A DNA stretch of 64,000 bases from Squalus acanthias (lineage: Eukaryota). The position numbers were made by a program, and so were the translations under genes. The stretch lies in assembly GCA_030390025.1 (NCBI GenBank), contig CM059425.1, positions 163,186,001-163,250,000 on the forward strand, in the 5' to 3' direction. Every line of letters begins with the position of its first letter. The stretch's first letter is position 1. The notes beneath the pieces are model-generated. The model was not told the DNA's origin and did not search any database. It saw nothing but the letters and a program-made list of their open reading frames with translations. Shown here piece by piece: positions 1 to 12,085 of this stretch.

Positions 1-651
1 GACAGAGAACAATGTGTCTGCAGAGATACAATCCGTCAGGGAGGCATTACATCAAAGACACAGCAGAGTACAGCTAAGACAATGAGGTGGGGTCACAGGG
101 GGTCCAACGTGTCAAATGCTGCAGTCTGCAGTTAAGCTTCTTACTTTTTTTTAAAACTGGAAATCACATCTGTGAACCAGACAACGACGTCGAGTCACGT
201 CCTGTAGCGTGACATGAAACCGAGATCCCGGTTGAGGCCGTCCTCATGGGTGCGGAACTTGCAAGTTCCGCACCCATGAGGACGGCCTCAACCGGGATCT
301 CGGTTTCATGTCACGCTACAGGACGTGACTCGACGTCGTTGTCTGGTTCACAGATGTGATTTCCAGTTTTTTTTAAAAAAAGTTAAAAGCTTAACTGCAA
401 ACTGCAGCATTTGACATGTTGGACCCCCTGTGACCCCACCTCATTGTCTTAACTGTACTCTGCTGTGTCTTTGATGTAATGCCTCCCTGACGGATTGTAT
501 CTCTGCAGACACATTGTTCTCTGTCTATATATACTTTGTAACCGATTTGTATTCCCTCACTGTACCTGACGAAGGAGCAGCGCTCCGAAAGCTCGTAATT
601 TCAAATAAAACTGTTGGACTATAACCTGGTGTTGTGCGACTTCTCATTTTT
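1..651. mobile_element. Penelope-like element (family A): 3' end plus pseudo-LTR (pLTR), arranged as an inverted duplication
   Basis: 1-261 is the reverse complement of 262-525. From 263 the + strand reads KFRTHEDGLNRDLGFMSRYRT*, a PLE GIY-YIG C-terminus. Hammerhead at 563-597 and AATAAA at about 604. Confidence 0.85.
563..597 (+). ncRNA. Minimal type-I hammerhead ribozyme (PLE family A)
   Basis: UAC-CUGACGA-A-GGAGC(AGC)GCUCC-GAAA-GCUC-GUA: conserved core, stem II, stem I UAC/GUA, palindromic AGCU in place of helix III. Confidence 0.8.
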
Positions 652-778
652 GGAAGGAGGAGAGCATGCCAGGGGATCTCAGAGATGCCGTAATTGTGAC
701 CATCTTCAAGAAAGGTGACTAGTCCGATTGCGGTAATTACAGAGGAGTCTCCCTGCTGTCTGCCACAGGGAAAGTCAC
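652..778 (+). mobile_element. RTE LINE fragment
   Basis: WKEESMPGDLRDAVIVTIFKKGD*SDCGNYRGVSLLSATGKV; near-identical to the RTE at about 10130-10240 (minus strand). Confidence 0.8.
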
Positions 779-1630
779 TGACTCCCACAGCTACCTGGAC
801 TATACTTCCTCCCACTCCGCAACACCCTGGTCAATCGCCCCCAACACCGCTTTGCCCGGCACCTTCCCGTGCAAGCGCAGGAGATGCAACACCTGCCCTT
901 TTACCTCCTCCCTTCCCACTGTCCAGGGCCTCAAACACTCCTTCCAGGTGAAACAGCAATTTACTTGTTGTACTTACAATTTAGTATACTGTATTCGCTA
1001 CTCACTATGTGATCTCCTCTACATTGGGGAGACCAAACGCAGATTGGGTGACCGCTTTGCGGAACACCTCCGTTCAGTCCATAAGGGTGTTCCCAAGCTT
1101 CCAGTCGCCTGTCACTTTAATTCTCTGCTCCACTCCCACTCTGACCTCTCCATCCTCGGCCTCTTGCACTGTTCCAATGAAGCTCAAGGAACAGCACCTC
1201 ATCTTTCAATTAGGCACTTTACAGCCTTCTGGACTCAACATCGAGTTCAACAATTTCAGACCATAACCTCTACCCCTATCATTTTTTTTCTCTCTCACAT
1301 GGCAGCTGTCGATCATTCTGCCATTGCCATTTACACTTCATCTAGAGTCATCTTTTGTTTCTTGTCCCATTACCATCTCCTTTTACCTTGCACCATCATC
1401 CCTTTTGTCTCTTAATCTCTCCTGCCTTCCATTCTATCACAGGCCTTCCCTTTTGTTCTTTCCTCCCCTACCCCTCTCCCTGCCCCTACACTTGCTTAAA
1501 AACCTGTTACAGTATATTCCAACTTTTTCCAGTTCTGACGAAGGGTCATCAACCTGAAACGTTAACTCTGTTTCTCTCTCTACAGATGCTGCCTGACCTG
1601 CTGAGTATTTCCAGCACTTTCTGTTTTTAT
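779..1630 (+). mobile_element. Penelope-like element (family B, Neptune-type): decayed GIY-YIG endonuclease plus pLTR
   Basis: ORF 852..1415: CKRRRCNTC...LVYCIRYSLCDLLYIGETKRRLGDRFAEH, frameshifted near 1186 relative to the copy at 47613. Followed by a hammerhead-bearing pLTR. Confidence 0.9.
1531..1567 (+). ncRNA. Minimal type-I hammerhead ribozyme (PLE family B)
   Basis: AGUU-CUGACGA-A-GGGUC(AUC)AACCU-GAAA-CGUU-AACU; one mismatch in stem II. Confidence 0.75.
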
Positions 1631-1768
1631 ATGTTATAACGACAGGGGTGCTTTTCCATGGAACCCATCAGTGACTTGTCCTAATAAGAACATTCTTCAG
1701 TCTACCATCACTACCAAAAACAAATTACCTGGTCATTTATTTGATAATCGAGTGAAAAATAACACTTA

Positions 1769-2484
1769 GGGGGAGAAATTCGGTGGCACCCCCTTTGGGG
1801 CGCTAACATCGCCAGGGCGCTAATTTAGCGTCCCGAAAAAGTTAGCACCCCTGTGCCGTAAATTCAGTGGTAGCGCCCCAAGCAGGAGGCGGGGCGCTAC
1901 TGGAAGCGCTTCCCCTCTTTCTTGGGGCACTACCAGTGAATTTCGCGACACTACGTGCAACAGCGTCACGCGGTCGGCATGTAGTGCCGCATAATTGCAG
2001 ACCTCCCTCCCCTGATTAAAGGGGAGGGGCCTAGCGCTGCGCGCACCGGGGCCCTGCTGGACCACCGGGGAAGGGGTGCCAGGAAAACAGCCCGTCACTC
2101 GAGGAGTGCCGGGCTGAGCGATCGTGGCCGGCACCCCGAAGAAAAAAGAAGGGGGCAGGTGCTGGCAGTCGGCCAAAAAGAAAATTGGCCGCCCGACACC
2201 TGCCCTTTAAGTAGTGCTGCTGCAGCTGCAAAAACACCACCCTGACCCTGTTGGACATATCATCCAGCGATAAATCGGGGGGCTCAACCCAAGTTTGCGG
2301 CCGGGGGGCTGTGCACGGCGAAGACGTCATCGCCGGTGGCGCAGCGCCGCGGGGCGCTACCGGCTACTGCCACCGCTAACCTCCCGCTGAATTTCGCAGC
2401 AGGCGTTAGCCGCGTCCGGGCACTATGGGTTTAGCGTCCCCGGGGGCACTAACAGGAGGCGCAAAGCAACCCAATTTATCCCCC
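1769..2484. mobile_element. PIF/Harbinger MITE, GC-rich family
   Basis: Imperfect terminal inverted repeats (TIRs) GGGGGAGAAATTCGGT / ACCCAATTTATCCCCC; TTA on both sides (1766-68, 2485-87). Confidence 0.85.
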
Positions 2485-2662
2485 TTAAGGTTTAAAAGTT
2501 TAACATGATTGGTATATTTCATTCTCAAATAGGAATATAATTTTGTTTTTGAATTTTAAAAATATTCAACATTTTCTTGTAAGAGGACTGGAAATTTGAT
2601 TAAAATTCTACTAGACTGATACATTATTAATAATTAACATTTTTTTCCAAATCTCCTCCTAG

Positions 2663-2792
2663 GATGGAAGATTGACATTTGGCCCACAGAACCAGACAAT
2701 TAAACTTCCCAACATAAACTTCATGAAAAACAATGGTGCTGTTTTTCTCAATGCCTACAGCAACTCTCCAATCTGCTGCCCTTCTCGAGCAG
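2663..2792 (+). CDS. ARSK: ARSK internal coding exon (equivalent to exon 2), contains the sulfatase CxPxR motif
   Basis: cctcctag|GATGGAAGA...CGAGCAG|gtatg, 130 nt. Translates DGRLTFGPQNQTIKLPNINFMKNNGAVFLNAYSNSPICCPSRA, recognisable ARSK N-terminal region with the formylglycine motif CPSR. Confidence 0.95.
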
Positions 2793-3661
2793 GTATGATT
2801 AAAAAATTTCCTCGCCATTCTGAACCCAACATAGCATTGCACATTTTGCTCCAAAGTGGTGTTCTCCAGACTGAAAACATATTGATCTGTGCGCTTGACT
2901 TCTCACTCAGCAATTTACAGACCTCAGTCATGTCACTGGAGGAGGGGGTTACAGAGCAGAAGTCAGGCACCGTCCCACAGGAAGGGAAAGAAGATCACGT
3001 GGGTATTAATGTTCCTCTCTCCTGCACTACATAGCAACAGATTAATATTGGTTGAGGCTTTCCAGCAAGTTAGCTGCCAACCTCTCCATCAAGGTGCAAT
3101 GTGAGGAACCTAAACAATTGGAGAAAAGTGGAACTCTATGAGAAGAAACAATGGGCTAAAACTTCAGTAGCGTATCGCCCGTTTTTGGGGAGCTACGGGT
3201 GCCAAATTGGGTCCAAAATGGCGTTCGAACAGCACGTGCACACTTCTGGTGCAGGACGCGGTGGATGCCATATTGGTGAGGGCGGTAGGGTGGCCATTAG
3301 CGTGCACTTGAAGTATGGTAAGTAGGCAGATTGTGACATCAATCAGTGTGCAACGCTGATTTGACGCCAGCGCTGCCATTTTTGTTGTCATCGCTGGAGC
3401 TAACGCCTTCTCTTAACCTCGCACAGCTGAACGTGCGTTCAGCAGCAGGAAGGACTCCCCACCAGCGCTATTTAAAGGGATCATCACCAACTTTCAGGTA
3501 ACTTGCCTTTTGATTTCTACTGGCTCTGTGGAAGTTTGTGGAAGTGTTTACAGCTTTCTAGAGTTGTTTAAAGTTAGTGAGGTGACAGGGAGTGGTGCTG
3601 CAAGTGGAGAAGGCCTTGTTTCTGAATTCAAAGGTTCTGGTCAGACCACTTTCTCCCAGTC

Positions 3662-4750
3662 AAGGGTGCTCTAGTTGTCATCCCCCAAGGCCTGCAGCAT
3701 GACAGGGAGATGGAGCAGAGGCAGCAAAGAAGAGGACAAACTGCTCGCAGAGGGAGAAGGAGGAGGAGGTGGAGAAGAGTTCTCAGCAGGAGGCCTTACC
3801 ACCTAGGGTCATCCGAGAGCAAATCTCTTACACTGCTCCTGGCTCAGGCTAAGGTATGAGGTGTCTGCGCTTTACAAAAGAGGTGCTCACAGAACTCTGC
3901 AACATCACTCCAGGGCAAGGACAGCGCTGCCAGTGGCTGTGGCCTTGAATTTCTTTGCATCTGGATCCTTCCAGGCTGGAGTAGGTGACATCTGTAACAT
4001 CTCCCAGTTCGCTGTCCACTGCTGCATAAGAGCGCTGACAGACGCTCTTTATGCCAGGAGAAGGGACTTAATTGTCTTCCCTCTGAACAGAGAGAAGCAG
4101 GCAGAGTGTACATGTGGCTTTGCCAGGATAGTAGACTTCCCCATGGTGCAGGGCGCCATCGACTGCATGCACATGGCTTTGCAGGCGGCGCTTTGAAATG
4201 CTGAGATGTATCGCAACCGCAAAGGTTTCCACTCGCTGAATGGTAAATGCTGATGGTAAATGCCCAGGATCCTGGCAGCAGTCATGATGCTTTTATTCTG
4301 CGTCAGTCCGCTGTTCCTTTGTGTCTTTGAGCCACCAAGAAAAACCAAAGGGTGGCTACTGGGTGACCAGGGCTATCCCTTGACCACCTGGCTAATGACT
4401 CCACTCTGCAACCCGACTACATGTGACCAGCATGTGTACAATGAGAGCCATGCTGCCACACAAAACATCTTAGAGCAGACCATTGGGGTGCTGAAGCAAC
4501 GGTTCTGCTGTCTGGACTGCTCTGGAGGAGCCTTACAGTACTCTGCATTCTGTCCCAATTCGTCATGGTCTGCTGTATCCTCCACAGCCTGGCCATTATG
4601 AGGGCACAGCCCTTGCCACCAGGGATACGGCCGCCAGCTCAGGAGCAGGCGGATGAGGATGAGGAAGAGCAGGAAGCGGAAGGAAGGAGGCAACCCAACC
4701 AGCCCCTTTCTGGCCTGGCTAGCCGATTGAATCATCCACCTGCGGTACCA
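3662..4750 (+). pseudogene. Harbinger (HARBI1-like) DDE transposase, disrupted
   Basis: ORFs 3861..4196 (ALNFFASGSFQ...VQGAIDCMH) and 4260..4601 (WLLGDQGYPL...YNESHAATQNILEQTIGVLKQRF); frameshifts and stops; AATAAA at about 4847. Confidence 0.9.
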
Positions 4751-4959
4751 GTGAACATAACCCCAATTACCCTTTCAACATTATTCCCACACCTTACCTT
4801 CCCTCTTTTACTGACCATCACTGCGTCCTCTTGACCACAATGCTGAAATAAAAGCCACCATAAAGCAAACATTCCAATCCAACTTTATATATCTATCCAT
4901 CCAATATTACATCAAAAAATCAACTAATCACCCTTGTGCATTCCCTTAGTGACTGTCTT

Positions 4960-6922
4960 GCGTGTGCCTTTGCTTATCCTAGTGCTCCTATGCAGTGCTA
5001 CCCCAGTGGCTGCAGCATGGCTGGTGGAAGGCTGCTAACTTTCAGTGGTGGAGACTGCAGATGGCCTTGCAGGACGACCTCGAGGAGCTCGGGGCCTAGT
5101 AGTGCCGGATTCGGACTGCACCACCTCAGCATAGGCGGCAGTCGTCTGGGCTGGCTGTCTAACAGGCAACAGCAAGGGCACTGGCAGAGTGGCAGTGGTG
5201 GGAATACGAATGCTGTCATCCTGAGAGAGGACAACAGGGTTGGCCTCTGCGGATCTATTGCCACTCCCCCAGGGCAGCACCTCAGCAATCCTAGTAATCT
5301 GCTGGAGTACAGACTGCTGTGACACCCTGTAAGCCCCTTTCAACACTGGTAAAGCCAGCCATGATGGCAGCAGTCTGTGCATGCGTGGCAGCAAGCTGAG
5401 CTTGCATGACTTCAGTCTGAGCTTCCATTGCAACACTCTGCTATTGGGTGGCTTCTGCTTGTGCTGCAATGGAAGCTGAGACTTCGGCCATCAGACGTGG
5501 CACAATGGTTGAGTCTACAAGTGCATTAATGGATCTGCTCATCATTTCCACGCTGGAATGGATGGGCTCCAAGCTCTGCCCAAAGCCCTATGCAAGGCTG
5601 GAGCTGGACTTGACACATGTGAGTACTGTAGGGCTCCTCCAGAGTGGTCCAGGCAGTGGAACCGTTGCTTCAGCACCCCAATGGTCTGCTCCTTGACATT
5701 GCATTCAGGCTTTCTGGCAAGCTTTTTTCTTTCAAGTCTTTCTTTCTAGCCTGCCAATGCACCAAGTATTTTATTGTTCATACCCATCAGCGTTCTTCTG
5801 CAGGTCACCCCATCAAAGTCTTCATCTGAGTCCTGTGCAGCAGAACTCATGTGCGACCTTGCCCTCCAGGGAGCTGGCACCTGCGCTACCCTCTCCCCCT
5901 GCCCTGGCTGCAGCCCACTCATGCCCAGTGTCTCACCAAGTGAAGATCCTGTGCCTAACCTATCTTCTAAAGTACGCGTAGTGTCAGTATCTGAGCTGGT
6001 GGCTGGGAGTGTGAAATCGAGTGACAGTGTTTCTTCACTCTCCTCTCCCTCTTCTTGTTGACCCACTGGCTGGGCAGGCTGGATTTCTTGGGTGTCTGAA
6101 ATGAGAAAGGCACAAGGGTAGAGTTGTGAGGGGAGGGGAAAGCAAGAGGTGGATGCTTACACCATGTGCAGCTTGTAAATCAGAAGAGATTGTGGGATGA
6201 GTGGGAAGTGGGATGTGAGAAGGTGGATAACTTAAAGGATACCGGCATCTTATATTCTTTCAGCCTCAGAACTGGCTACGGGCTCAGCCATGCCCCTGCC
6301 AAGAATAGCCAGCACTGTCTGCTCCATGGGGGTGAGGTCATGCAGGCGAGCCTGTCCCCTACCGGATAAGTTCTGCTGGTGCCGGTTGTGAGCCACCTTT
6401 TCCTGCAAGAGAAAGGGATGTGTGTCAGTGAGTGTGGTGCAATGTGTTTGGGTGATATGCCTGTCATGGTTGAATAGCTGGCAGTGTGTGTTGCTAGCTG
6501 AGAGATGTGGGTGTGAGGTTTGTAGCAGTGGTAAGTGTGTGCAGGTGAGATGAAGCTATAAATGTGAGGTATGAGTCGTGTTTGGTAGAAATTGTTGGTA
6601 GGTGAGTGATGGAGGTGTGGTGCATTGAGCACAGTGGTGCAGATGGTGGGATATGGCATTTGAAGATGAATTAATTGACCTTGACCACTCGTGTGAGGTC
6701 ATTAAACGTCTTCCTGCACTGAGTCCAGGTCCTCGGGGCTACACTGCTGGCATTTACCACAGTGGCTATCTGCTCCCACCGCACTCTGGTCTATTGGCTG
6801 AAGGGCCTCCTGGCCCCCTGTGGAAAGAGGACCTCTCTCCTGGAGTTGACCTGTTGGACCAAGGCCTCCAGTGCTGCATCGGAGAACCTAGGTGCACGCT
6901 CTCTACCCTGTTGTGCCATCAT
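4960..6922 (-). pseudogene. Harbinger Myb/SANT-like partner gene, three exons, disrupted
   Basis: Exon 6922-6680 MAQQGRERAPRFSDAALEALV...PRTWTQCRKTFNDLTRVVK|gt with one in-frame stop; exon 6402-6243 EKVAHNR...; exon from 6095 downward with an acidic/coiled tail. GT-AG sites visible. Confidence 0.8.
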
Positions 6923-7205
6923 TACAACTTTGTTGTCCATTGTCTTCCCAGCCGCTTCAATCACCTATTGTTGGGAGAAGGCACCTCCCTTTTAAGTGGT
7001 GCAGACTGCCTTTAAGTAGTGCAGGCTAGCTTTAATTGGAGCTAGCCTCGCACGAACTTGGGGGCCCCTGCTGAGTGTTCAGCCACTCAGCAGGGCGCTA
7101 CAATCATGCTAATCAACAGGCAGCCCAAAGTTTGGGTTGATAGCGCATCGCGATCCCCGTAGCTGTTTTTGGGCCTTATCCAATTTCTAGGCTAATGTAT
7201 TGTGT

Positions 7206-7309
7206 AATAAAAACAAAATGCTGGAACTTTTCAGCAGGTCAGGCAGCATCTGTGGAGAGAGAAACTAAGTTGACATTTCAGGTCGATAACCTTTTGTCAG
7301 AATGTTCTG
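7206..7309 (-). mobile_element. PLE family B pLTR fragment with degenerate hammerhead; ends at a fold-back axis
   Basis: Matches the left arm of 59116-59358, including CAGAATGTTCTG at 7298-7309. Confidence 0.75.
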
Positions 7310-8434
7310 CCTTGGATTTCTGCTGTTGACCTTGCCAGCGTTCAAAACTACGGTGGAGGTTGCTGGTTTGGGGGAGGGGTTGTTGTGACTTCCCCATTTC
7401 CCTCCCACCCTCCCAAAATAAATTATACGTGGCCGCACATTCCCTTTTTTCTTCGGTGGTCTCACCAGGCATGCCTCTGCTTACACTGTGTTCCTCTCAG
7501 TGGGAATCCCCAATGTATGGCGCCCCACCCCTAAACCTATCTCCTTTTATGCTAATGCCCTTGTTTGAGGCTGAACCCCCAACAGGCCTTTCCAGAAATC
7601 CCAGCTTAAGGCTAGGACTCGGCATGTCCAGGTACTAGATTCATTTGCAGCCCTTCTGGCGCACTCCCGCCAAAGTTATGGCAGGGGAATGCTGGAAGGG
7701 CTGCAGATTTTCAACCCCTTTTATGTCCAGCAGAACAACAAGTAAAAATGGACGATGTCGGATTCAAGGTTGCCTAGTCGATGTTTCTAGTGATGTCTGG
7801 AACAAAAGGCTAAGTAAACCTGCCAGTACCAGAAATAGCATAGAACACTTGACTTCTTGTTAAGAGGTGATGATGTAATGGACAGGAAGTTTTTGCTGCA
7901 ATAATTTCTCGGTGAACATGAATAACCTCATTATACTTTAAGGCTATCGACTCATAGTGAATATGTCTCATTTAAAAAAAATATTTGTCCATGTGTATAT
8001 TTCATACCACAGGTTTATTTATCAGTGGCTGTTTTTCTTAAGTAAACAATCATTTGGAGGTGTTGTGCGCCATTGCTGGAATAATTTTTGCATGTTTACA
8101 TATATGTCGCAATTTTGTCCTGGCTGTCTGTCAGCATTAAGTTGCTCACTTTCCTTTGTAGCAGCCTTTTCCGTTTGCTGGCTTGTATGCATCTAGCTTC
8201 CGGTCTGCTCCCTCATTCTTGCTCAGTTGCTGTATCCTGGCTGATTATATGTTCTTTTATGCTTTCTCTTTTGTGGAGCTTCCTGATTTGAACAGTGGCA
8301 CCTATAAACGCAGACACCACAATATGCTGAAATATCTTGAACCAAAACAGCAACATTATGAAATTTCCAACAATTTCATAAACTATAGGATTCTAGAACT
8401 ATTTAGATGAATGCATTGATTTCACTCAATCAAG

Positions 8435-9310
8435 CAACAATAATTTGCATTTATATAGTGCCTCTAACATAGCAAACTGTTCTGAGGTGCTTTGTTGAAG
8501 TGTAATCACACAAACATCACCGCTGAGCCAAAGAAGGAGATATTAAGAGGGGTCACCAAAAGCTTAGTCGAAGAGATGGGTTTTAAGGAGAACGTTCAGG
8601 TGGCAGAGAGGAATACGGAGGGAATTCCAGAGCGTAGTGCCTAGATGGCTGAAGGCACGGCTGCTAATGATGGGGCAAAAGGAGTGGGGGATGCACAAGG
8701 CCAGAGTTGAAAGAACGCAAAGTTCTTGGAGGGTTGGGGGGCTGCAAAAGGTTCCAAAAGTAGGGAGGGGCGAGTCCATGGAGGGTCTCCAACACAAAGA
8801 TGAGAATTTTAAATTTGAGGCAGTGGTGTACCAGGCATCAATGTTAGTCAGCGAGCGCATGGGTGATGGCTGAGAAGGACTTGGTGCTGAATAGGATACG
8901 ACAGGAGCATTTTGGATGAAAGTTTATGGAGGATGGGAGCCTGCAGGGACGCATTGGAATAGGTGTCTGGTGGTGACAAGGGCATGAATGAGGGTTTCAG
9001 CGGCAGATGGGCTGAGGCAGGGGCGGTGACAGGTAATGTTAAGAAAGTGGAAGTAGACAGGCTTTGTGATGGAGAGATATGATGTTGGAAGCTCAGCTTT
9101 GGGTTGACTAGGATGGCGATGTTGCAAACAGTCTGGTTCGCTCTGAGACAGTGGCTGGGGAGGGGGATGGAAGACGATGACTTTGGTTTTTCCAATATTT
9201 ATCTGGAGGAAATTGCGGCTCATGCAGGACTAGATGTCGAACAAGCATTTTGACACCACAGAGGCAGTAACACGGTTGAGAAAGGTGATGGAGAGGTAGA
9301 CCTAGGTTTT
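8435..9310 (-). mobile_element. L2 LINE 3' region
   Basis: L2-type tail (gcatttatatagtgcc, minus) and ORF remnants SRAFSHLGTTLWNSL and LSPSAAETLIHAL. Confidence 0.8.
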
Positions 9311-9339
9311 GTCAAGTTTCTGCCCCTGCCACAGTCAAT

Positions 9340-11571
9340 GCTGCACTGGCACACTGAAGGCGGTGTTGGACTTCGTCATCGACGTCTACCCTTGTTGAAA
9401 GTAGGCTCCCAAGGTATGGAAAGTGGTCCATGTTGTCCAAGGCCTCGTCATGGATTTTGATAATCGGGGGGGGCAGTACTGTGTGGCGGGGGCAGGTTGG
9501 TAGAGGACCTTTGTCTTATGGATGTTTAGTGTAAGGCCCATGCTCTCGGTGAAGGTGTTGGCAATGGTTTGGAGTTCGACCTCTGAGTGTGCGCAGATGC
9601 AAGTGTCGTCTGCATACTGTAATTCGATGACGGGATGGGACGACCTTGGATCTGGACTGGAGACGACGGAGGTTGAACAGTTTCCCGTTTGTTCTGTAGA
9701 TTAACTCCACTCCAGCGGGGAGCTTACTGAGGGTGAGATGGAGCATTGCAGCAAAGAAGATCGAGAAGAGCATTGGTGCGATGATGGCCTTGCTTGACCC
9801 CGGTCTGTACGTGAATTGGGTCTGTGGTGGATCCGTTGGTCAGGATCACGGCTTGCATGTCGTCGTGAAGCAGGCGGAGGATGGTGACAAACTTTTGAGG
9901 GCAGCCAAATTTGAGGAGGACACTCCATAATCCCTCATGGTTGACAGTGTCGAAGGCCTTTGTGAGGTCAAAGAAGGCCATGTACAACGGTTGGTGCTGT
10001 TCCCTGCATTTCTCTTGTGGTTGATGCGCGGTGAAGATCATGTCCAGTGTGCTCCTTAGTGGGCGGAATCCGCATTGCGACTCTGGGAGGAGCTCTTCAG
10101 CCACTGGGAGAAGGCGATTGAGGAGGCAGACAACAGGGGAACTCCTCTGTAATTACCGCAATCGAACTTGTCACCTTTCTGGAAGATGGCCACGATTACG
10201 GCGTCTCTGAGATCTCCTGGCATGCTCTCCTCCTTCCAAATAAGAGAAATTAGTTCATGTATTCGCGCCAGTAGTGCTTCTCCGCCATGCTTTAGTGCCA
10301 TGGTGGGGATTCCGTCTGCTCCTGAGGCCTTGTTGTTCTTCAGTTGTCGGATGGCCTTTTCAACCTCATGCCGGGCTGGGGTTGTGCTGAGGTGGTGGCG
10401 GGTAGCATGCTGCGGGATGTAGTTGAGGACACTCGCGTCGAAGACAGAGTTTCGGTTAAGGAGATCTTCAAAGTGCTTCTTCCAGTGGGCACTGACTGCC
10501 TCTCTGTCCTTGATGAGTACATCTCCGTTCTTGGCCCGCAGTGGTTGTCGGCTAGCTGCTGGATCTCCTGCGCTTTCTCCACCCACCATCTGTTCTTTAG
10601 GTCGCAAGTTTTTTGCTGGACCTCGGCCTTCAGGCGTCTGTAGAGCTGCTTTCTTGCTCTCGAGTTGTGTTGCTGTTTCCAGATCAGAAATGCCTTGCGC
10701 TTGCGGCTTATTAGATCCTGGATCTCCTGGTCGTTCTCGTCAAACCAGTCTTGGTGTTTCCTGGTCGAGTGACCGAGCATCTCTTCACAGGTGCTGATTA
10801 TGGAGGCCTTGAGTGGCCTTTGGACACTGTGTCTCTGAATCACTGGGAGTCGTCAGGCTGGTTGTGAGGTGCAGGCTGAATAGGGCTTTCTTAGCAGGGT
10901 CTTTGAGTGGTCCAGCGTTGATTTTCCTGCGTCATTGTTTCTGTTGCCGCTGCTGTTTTGGGGCTACATTTATGGAGATGACAGATCGGATTAGGCGGTG
11001 GTCTGTCCAGCAGTCGTCAGCTCCTGTCATGGCGCGGGTGATGCGGACATCCTTGCTCGGACGATGACGTAGTCCAGCAGATGCCAGTGCTTGGAGTGAG
11101 GGTGTTGCCATGAATCCTTGCACTTGTCTCTCTGACAGAACAAGGTGTTGGTTATGACAAGGCCATGTTCTAAGCATTGACTACATTGATGAAGTCCAAC
11201 ACCGCCTTCAGTGTGCCAGTGTAGCCTTCGGTCGCCTGAGGAAGAGAGTGTTTGAAGACCAGGACCTCAAACCCGGCACTAAGTTCATGGTCTACAGAGC
11301 AGTAGTGATACCCGCCCTCCTGTATGCTTCAGAGACATGGACTATGTACAGCAGGCACCTCAAAGCACTGGAGAGGTACCACCAACGCTGCCTCCGCAAG
11401 ATTCTGCAAATCCATTGGCAGGATAGGCGCACCAACATCAGTGCTCTCGCTCAGGCCAACATCCCCAGCATCGAAGCTCTGACCATGCTCGGATCAGCTC
11501 CGATGGACGGGCCACATCGTCCGCATGCCCGATACGGGACTCTCAAAACAAGCGCGCTACTCGGAGCTCCG
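9340..11571. mobile_element. RTE LINE with internal inversion (9340-11178 minus, about 11183-11571 plus)
   Basis: Minus ORFs: ELLPESQCGFRP, FFDLTKAFDTV, KASGADGIP. Plus ORF 11248: FEDQDLKPGTKFMVYRAVVIPALLYASETW. Confidence 0.9.
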
Positions 11572-11574
11572 TCC

Positions 11575-12085
11575 TTAAATGCCTCACACTTCTCCGGATT
11601 GAAATCCATTTACCACTTTTCTGTCCACCTGACCAGTCCATTGATATCTTCCTGCAGTCTACAGCTTTCTTCCTCACTATCAACCACACGGCAAGTGTTT
11701 GTATCATCTGCAAACTTCTTCATCATGCCCCCTACATTGAAGTCTAAATCATTGATCTATACCACAATAAGCAAGGGACCTAGTACTGAGCCCTGCGGAG
11801 CCCCACTGGAAACAGCCTTCTAATCACAAAAACACCCGTCGACCATTACCCTTTGCTTTCTGCCACTGAGGCAATTTTGGATCCAACTTGCCACTTTTCC
11901 TTGGATCCCACGGGCTTTTACTTTTCTGACCTGTCTGCCATGTTGGACCTTGTCAAAAACCTTGCTAAAATCCACGTAGACTACATCAAACACGCTACCC
12001 TCATTGACCCTCCTTGTTACCTCCTCAAAAAAATTAAATCAAGTTAGTCAGACACAACCTTCCCTTAACAAATCCATGCTGACTG
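11575..12085 (-). mobile_element. CR1 LINE reverse transcriptase fragment
   Basis: Reverse complement gives a [10 protein letters not shown]...KFADDT region and the QHGF motif. Confidence 0.8.

Larger units (their letters stand above)
3153..7193. mobile_element. PIF/Harbinger DNA transposon, full length but decayed (copy 1)
   Basis: AAT TSD (3150-52, 7194-96); imperfect TIRs; convergent transposase (+) and Myb/SANT (-) genes. Confidence 0.9.

Noticed and set aside
3662..4750. Domesticated HARBI1 gene
   Set aside because: Frameshifts and stops, TIRs with a TSD, and a second copy in the window show it is a transposon.
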